From Pseudovirgaria hyperparasitica (taxonomy: Eukaryota): 64,000 nt of DNA. Below are positions 61,887 through 64,000 of the stretch, piece by piece. The DNA is taken from NCBI GenBank assembly GCA_010093815.1, contig ML996565.1; one strand, 5' to 3'. The translations under genes were made by a program, and so were the position numbers. The number at the start of each line of letters is the position of its first letter. Positions within the stretch are counted from its first letter, which is position 1. The notes beneath the pieces are model-generated. The model saw only the letters and a list, made by a program, of their open reading frames with translations. It made no database searches and was not told the origin of the DNA.

Positions 61887-64000
61887 TCAGTTCCATCCGA
61901 GTGAGTTCTCAGCCGCGACTGGTGCCGAAATCTGCGCAGTGCGCACGCTGCGCTCGTTGGTGCTATTGCTATTGTCGCTGTTGCGACTATCGCGGCCATC
62001 GACAAATGGATCATCAGGTTGGTTGTGGGCACCAGACATCCATGCCGGTGTGACGCCGTTGTAAGCCATCTCACTGTTGCTGCGTTGGCTGCTGTCGACC
62101 GAGCTGTTGCGATTGTGGCCTCGCATGGCACGCTTCTTCTTGTAACGACGGGCAATGAAGAACATGGCAGCACCGTAGGCAGCAACACCTCCAATGGCAG
62201 CGAAAGCAATGCCGACACTGCTTGCAACGACAGGAGACTTGGAACCAGCACCTCCGTCCATGGTCCCACTATCGTCACCAGTGCCGGAAGGGTTGGTAGG
62301 GTCTGCGCTGTAAGGGTTGTTCGGGCTACCGCTGTCCGGAAGTTCTCCAGCTTGCAGTGGGATCGCAGTATTGATGACGTTCATTAGGTCCGCGACAGGC
62401 TGCACATCGTTACTGTAAAGAGCCGACCTGGGTGTGTGAAGATCAATGTTTAGCTTGTCAAACATGTCACTTGGAATGTAGAACATGACCAAGGTCGTAA
62501 CGTAGCCCATAGTACCGGTGGTGTCGTAAGGTCGGATAGAGTTCATAACGACTTGACCGTCCTTAAGCTTCAAACCATCTTTAACACCCTGTCCGAGGAA
62601 GGAGAAGATCTGCATCGGTGACTCCGAGTTCCGTACTACGAATGGATAGTTCAGTTCTCGTTTGAACCCAATCTGAACCAGTGTCGAGTTTGCTGGAGGA
62701 GTCGCCATACCGCCAGGAGGCTGAATGACTTTGGGCATTTCGGTTGGGATTCCAGAGGGAGTTGGAACGGGCTCGGTTCCGGAAGGCGTCGGGTCCATCC
62801 AGATTGAAGTCTCGATGATCTGAGAGGTCAACGAGTTGGTACCGACGGGTGTTTGGGTCAAGACAAAAGTGGGTTGGGCGGTAGTGGCAGGTGGCTCGGA
62901 AGGAGTAGCTTCGGAGGGAGTAGCTCCGGTAGTGTAAGCTCCTGTTGGGGTCGCTTCAGTTGGGAGGCTGTCGGACGGAGTGGCCTTTGAAGGAGTTGCC
63001 CCGGAGGGTGTAGCGTCCGTTGGGCTGGCTCCAGTGGGAGTGGCATCAGATGGCGTGGCGTCCGATGGTGTAGCCACACTCGTGCCAGGAGTGGGAACTC
63101 CGGTGGGAACATCACTGACTCCAGTGGACGGGCCAGTAATGCCAGGCGTAGGGGTGCCACCGGTGATTGGTGTCAGTAAACTCGTGAGTCCGGAGACGAT
63201 TGATGGGATCAGACCGCCGTCAGAGGTTGGGGTAGGAGAAGTGCCAGTCTCGGGGTTTGTGTAGTCGGCTGTTGGCGATGGGCTGCCTGGAAGAAGGGTG
63301 TCCAGAATCGAGCTCAAACCAGGAATGAGACCGGAAGGTGCTTGACTTGGTTCTGTTCCGATTGCAGAACTGAGGCCGACCGTGATGTCGCCGGAAGTAG
63401 GTACAGGCTCTGGGGTGGGAGTCGGCGTCAGAATTGGAGTCAAGATTGGACTCAGAATAGGGTCTAGAAGGCCACTATCCTCTGGGGTCGGCGAAGGGGT
63501 TGCGTAAGAAGCCGGGACTCCTCCAGTCGTTCCTACATCTGTAGGAATAGGCGTGGCAATTGGCGTCTCGACAGGCGTCTCTGCAGTTGACGGCTGTGGT
63601 AAAAGGTTCGTCAATATAGGATCAAGGAGGCCGGCTGATGACTGAGCTGGTGTCTCGACTGGAGTTTCTCCGCCATCAGATGAGACGGGTGCTGTGGTCG
63701 GGGTGAGAGGGCTCTCTGGGACACCACCGGTTGATCCGACGCTGCTACTAGGGGTTGGTTTGGGCAGAAGGGGCGAAAGAACAGGGCCGAGTAGACCACC
63801 GTCTGATTGTGACGACGGTGCCTCTCCACCGGACGACGACGGCTGCTGAGAGCCTGAAGGGGCGTCCGAGGGAGAATCGGAAGGGTTGTTTGAGGGTTTA
63901 TCAGAAGGAGTGTTGGAGGGCTCATCAGGATTGAGATTTAGCAGATCAGACAAAAAGCCGCCTCCAGTTTGCCGCGTGGTGACCTCTGGTGAGGTAGATG
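61887..64000 (-). CDS. MSB2: Signalling mucin Msb2/Hkr1-like; reading frame stays open past the window end
   Basis: Long S/T/P-rich ectodomain, conserved LVQIGFKRELNYPFVV...QIFSFL domain, single TM VGIAFAAIGGVAAYGAAMFFIARRYKKKR and terminal ISAPVAAENSLGWN. Confidence 0.88.
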   Translation of the reverse strand, partial: STSPEVTTRQTGGGFLSDLLNLNPDEPSNTPSDKPSNNPSDSPSDAPSGSQQPSSSGGEAPSSQSDGGLLGPVLSPLLPKPTPSSSVGSTGGVPESPLTPTTAPVSSDGGETPVETPAQSSAGLLDPILTNLLPQPSTAETPVETPIATPIPTDVGTTGGVPASYATPSPTPEDSGLLDPILSPILTPILTPTPTPEPVPTSGDITVGLSSAIGTEPSQAPSGLIPGLSSILDTLLPGSPSPTADYTNPETGTSPTPTSDGGLIPSIVSGLTSLLTPITGGTPTPGITGPSTGVSDVPTGVPTPGTSVATPSDATPSDATPTGASPTDATPSGATPSKATPSDSLPTEATPTGAYTTGATPSEATPSEPPATTAQPTFVLTQTPVGTNSLTSQIIETSIWMDPTPSGTEPVPTPSGIPTEMPKVIQPPGGMATPPANSTLVQIGFKRELNYPFVVRNSESPMQIFSFLGQGVKDGLKLKDGQVVMNSIRPYDTTGTMGYVTTLVMFYIPSDMFDKLNIDLHTPRSALYSNDVQPVADLMNVINTAIPLQAGELPDSGSPNNPYSADPTNPSGTGDDSGTMDGGAGSKSPVVASSVGIAFAAIGGVAAYGAAMFFIARRYKKKRAMRGHNRNSSVDSSQRSNSEMAYNGVTPAWMSGAHNQPDDPFVDGRDSRNSDNSNSTNERSVRTAQISAPVAAENSLGWN
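62895..63076 (-). repeat. 15-bp (ATPSD-type pentapeptide) mucin repeat, about 12 copies
   Basis: ATPSD ATPSD ATPTG ASPTD ATPSG ATPSK ATPSD SLPTE ATPTG AYTTG ATPSE ATPSE. Confidence 0.85.

Overview
Intron-rich genomic DNA from a filamentous ascomycete (Pezizomycotina; class not determinable from this window). No rRNA, tRNA, CRISPR or intact transposon was seen. Both ends are housekeeping blocks. The left block holds GAL7 (partial), a Ser/Pro-rich hypothetical gene, CDC73, an F-box gene, an ECM11-domain gene, an SDR and an RBR E3 ligase. The right block holds a Pro-rich orphan, SEH1, ALG7, LEU1, TIP41, Aurora kinase, a kinase-YEATS fusion, ATP23, MCD4 and MSB2 (partial). Between them (15322-39770) lies a 10-gene polyketide cluster. 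It contains a Zn2Cys6 regulator, a trans-enoyl reductase, a GST, a dienelactone hydrolase, a CMD/AhpD-like protein, an FAD monooxygenase, an MFS exporter and a 2558-aa HR-PKS (KS-AT-DH-MT-KR-ACP-R) whose ER domain is physically deleted. It also contains two paralogous thiohydrolase-type alpha/beta hydrolases: one has Cys in place of the catalytic Ser (as in the chain-fusing enzyme GrgF) and the other has Phe there. I do not recognise this gene set as a characterised pathway. Two other highlights: the Aurora kinase stop (TGA-CGG) is followed by an in-frame, ATG-less, repeat-containing extension with synonymous-biased variation (candidate readthrough), and a protein kinase carries a spliced-on YEATS domain. 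All gene models were read by eye; no database searches were run.
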